Source: Bilabrum cf. latius (taxonomy: Eukaryota). From it: a DNA stretch of 64,000 nt. The notes under the pieces were generated by a model. It did no database searches and was not told the DNA's origin. It saw only the letters and a program-made list of their open reading frames with translations. Positions 61,456 to 64,000 of this stretch are shown here, one piece after another; within the stretch, counting starts at the first letter, position 1; every line of letters begins with the position of its first letter. Made by a program: the position numbers and the translations under genes. The stretch covers positions 186,001 to 250,000 of the forward strand of contig OZ237749.1 in NCBI GenBank assembly GCA_965178125.1, given 5' to 3'.

Positions 61456-62946
61456 ATGGATGCCAAGACGGCTGCCTTTGATCAAATGTTTGGTTAGCTA
61501 GCTACTAATGTTGGCGATATATCAGAGTTGCTTGAGAGGTTCTTTTCATTCTTGAACAGGCGAACAGACTTTTACATTGTGGACCCAACCAGATCTGCGA
61601 AGATGGGCTTCGCTCCCGGCCACGCGGAGCGTCTGTTGCTTGAAACGTTCCACAGATTCCCTTTGAAAGGGGTTGACGGCAGGGCTTTCTCGCCTGCTGC
61701 GCAGTCTGGCTCCGCTACTGCTCAGGTGTAGGCCAGCAAGGCCGCATCAGTCTCGAGAAAAGTGCTTGAGCCAAAGATCAAGCGTGCCGAAGGGACGAAG
61801 TAGAAACATACCAATTCTAACGAGGGTGCGACTGTCGGTAAAGTGCGTTGCGAGGCACCTGGGGCTACCACAGCCGCTGGAACTTCGCAGTCAGAATTGC
61901 GGCCAGGAGCCAAAGAAACCACAACCAAGGGAAAACGAGATAGCGGTAGCATAGGGATCAGCCAAGTTTGGACTACTCTCAAGCTGAAGCAGCTTCCCCA
62001 AGCGAATGGGGGTGCTGGCCCGGGATACTGGTGGTCCCAAACGATGGAAGACGTTACTTTGAACGTGCCAGTTCCCGAAGGAACGCGAAAAAAGGATGTT
62101 TCTGTACAGCTTACATCAAATCGAGTTCTTGTCGCTCTAGAGCATGACAGTGGCAGCCTGAGTGCCAGTGGCGGGGCAGGCGGTAGCGAGGTTGCGCAAG
62201 AGCCGCTCATCTTGCTGGAGGGCGACCTCGGGGGGAACGCTGCCGGCGAGGACGGTGATGAAATGCTTTGGGTCCTGGATACCAAAGCTGAAAGCGTGTC
62301 TACCGTTGAGATTGGCGGAAGCCAGGTTGCTTTCGAGGCGCTGGCCAAGGAGGCACTGCTGAGAGCGTAGGCTGCGTCTGGTGCTGGCGTCGAAGGGGGC
62401 AGCGGAAATGCAAACACCGCTCAGTCGGCAAAGGAAGCTTCAGCAGACGCCCCAATGTAGCTGGCGTCCAGCACATCCATGAGCAAGGTGCTGCAAGTGA
62501 CCATCAGCAAGTCAGAGGAGACATGGTGGAATTCCGCCGTTCGGGGTCACCCCGAAATCGATGCGACGCGCGTAGACTCCAGCAAGCACGTATCTGAGTA
62601 CGACATTGGGACATAGAGCACCATACGCAGGCTAATGGAGGACTAGGCGCGGAAAGCGAAGGGGCTGCCATCGGTGGAAGAGGAGCAGGCACAACGCGCG
62701 CTTCAGAGGGCCATGGAGCTGCCCGGCGGCTCTCCATTCGCTGGCACTGCAAGCAACGCGGCTCGGGAATAGGGTGGAAGTGACAGTGCAGCAGAGCAAG
62801 ATGATGAATCTGCGCCGGTACCCTGCTATGGGACTGGGGGCACCGTGTCTGACCCTTTGCCTGCAGGGGATGGGGGCTCCAGATCGGGTGGTGGCCGTGA
62901 TGGTGGAGCAGAGGGTGGCGATGCATTGCAAGGGGGTTCATTGTGA
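61456..62946 (+). CDS. NUDCD3: NudC-family CS-domain co-chaperone (NudCD3-like)
   Basis: FFSFLNRRTDFY..MGFAPGHAE, YWWSQTMEDV..VPVPEG, TWWNSAVRGHPEID, T*STIRRLMED*ARKAKGLPS. Eight in-frame TAG (61495, 61729, 61801, 62368, 62458, 62614, 62644, 62770). Ends TGA 62944. Confidence 0.88.
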
Positions 62947-63291
62947 GCAAGTTCTTGGGATTGCCGATGATTGGTGCTACTAGAATCCGATATGATTGGG
63001 TCAGTTCGTGTACGTGGGTCCGCCTATTCAAGCCAAGCTGCTTGGTGGCACCCAGGCACATGACAAGGGGCATGCAGATGGCTGTAATGGCACCTGGGCG
63101 TACCCATGGCTCGCACGAGCAGATAAGGATGTGTCTCGGGCGGTCCGATGGCGATGACGTGCAGGTCTGAACCACCTCGATCACCCTTCACACCGCATGT
63201 CGCCCGCGCGTGCGTGGTGGAAACGCAGTGCAGTCTGTGCATGCGGTCTGAGGTCTGGTTGGTCTGCTAGGGATGTGGGTCCCACTCGTGG

Positions 63292-63345
63292 GTGTGCACC
63301 ATACGTATCCCGTGTGCACCATACGTATCCCGTGTGCACCATACG
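63292..63345. repeat. 20-bp tandem repeat, 2.7 copies, upstream of the SRCR-like gene
   Basis: gtgtgcaccatacgtatccc x2 plus a partial copy. Confidence 0.85.
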
Positions 63346-63444
63346 GCGATTTTATCTGATTTGTTAAAGTTCCGTGCAATTTGGACACTGCGGAACTTCC
63401 AGTTCAGCCCGAAGTCGGCTGTGCATCAAATCCACTAGCTGCGA

Positions 63445-64000
63445 ATGAAAGGCGAATTTGCGCTTCATGCGGCTCTTATTGCTTCATTTGCAATTTTGAT
63501 TGTTGATGGTAGCTTGGTATTTCGTACCTCTCTACGGATCGGGCCTGGGCTTATCTATAGCGACATGAACAGTCGCAGGCCCGGAATCCTCTCTGTAGCA
63601 ATAAGAAACGGCACCTGGGGCCCAAACCTGCCGATATGTGGCGACGGATTTACAGAAGCTGATGCTCGGGAGTACTGCGTCGGAGAAGATAACGCCGGCC
63701 TTGCGAGGTTCAAGCTGGTTCCCTCGGTTAATGCTTCACTCAGCCAGACGACCATGTCCTGCGAATCAGGATCCTGCACGAATACCCTGCTGACACAGGG
63801 CTGTACATCTGGTACGATAATTGGGCTGGAATGCACCTAGGTGGATCTCGGAATTCTGAAAGAATCAAACTCGAGCGTGCCACCCCTTGATCGCGCCACG
63901 CCAGCGCGGGAGCAGCCAGCGCGAGCTCGAGGGGTCGCAGCCGTGTACTCTCTCAACAGAAACTCTTGGCGATACCTTTCAGAAGGCACATTACCGAGCG
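63445..64000 (+). CDS. Secreted protein with an SRCR-like domain (runs off the window)
   Basis: Signal peptide, GILSV..NGTWG..ICGDGFTEADAREYC and a Cys pattern. The frame continues through TAG 63838 to the window end. Confidence 0.65.

Overview
Gene-dense, GC-rich nuclear DNA of a flagellated eukaryote (GT-AG introns mostly 84-156 nt; CFAP45-, Nup85- and NudC-family genes). The style suggests a stramenopile-like protist, but that is inference only. The main result is a non-standard nuclear genetic code. Almost every gene is cut in the supplied ORF track by in-frame TAG codons (more than 70 counted by eye) and resumes in the same frame. TAG falls at conserved Gln positions (DEAS*V, SPYRD*V, LLSV*SLL, MED*ARK), while true gene ends are TGA or occasionally TAA. 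So TAG appears to encode Gln while TAA remains a stop. Read that way, the window holds about 21 genes plus two decayed relics. They include a ~4,000-aa membrane protein with two degenerate cyclase-like domains, a PAS-like segment and a split AGC kinase, and a UPF1-like helicase. There is also a family of ankyrin/LRR genes that share a distinctive C-terminal module; one member sits in a cassette bounded by a 41-bp direct repeat. All domain calls come from motif recognition by eye, and no database search was run.
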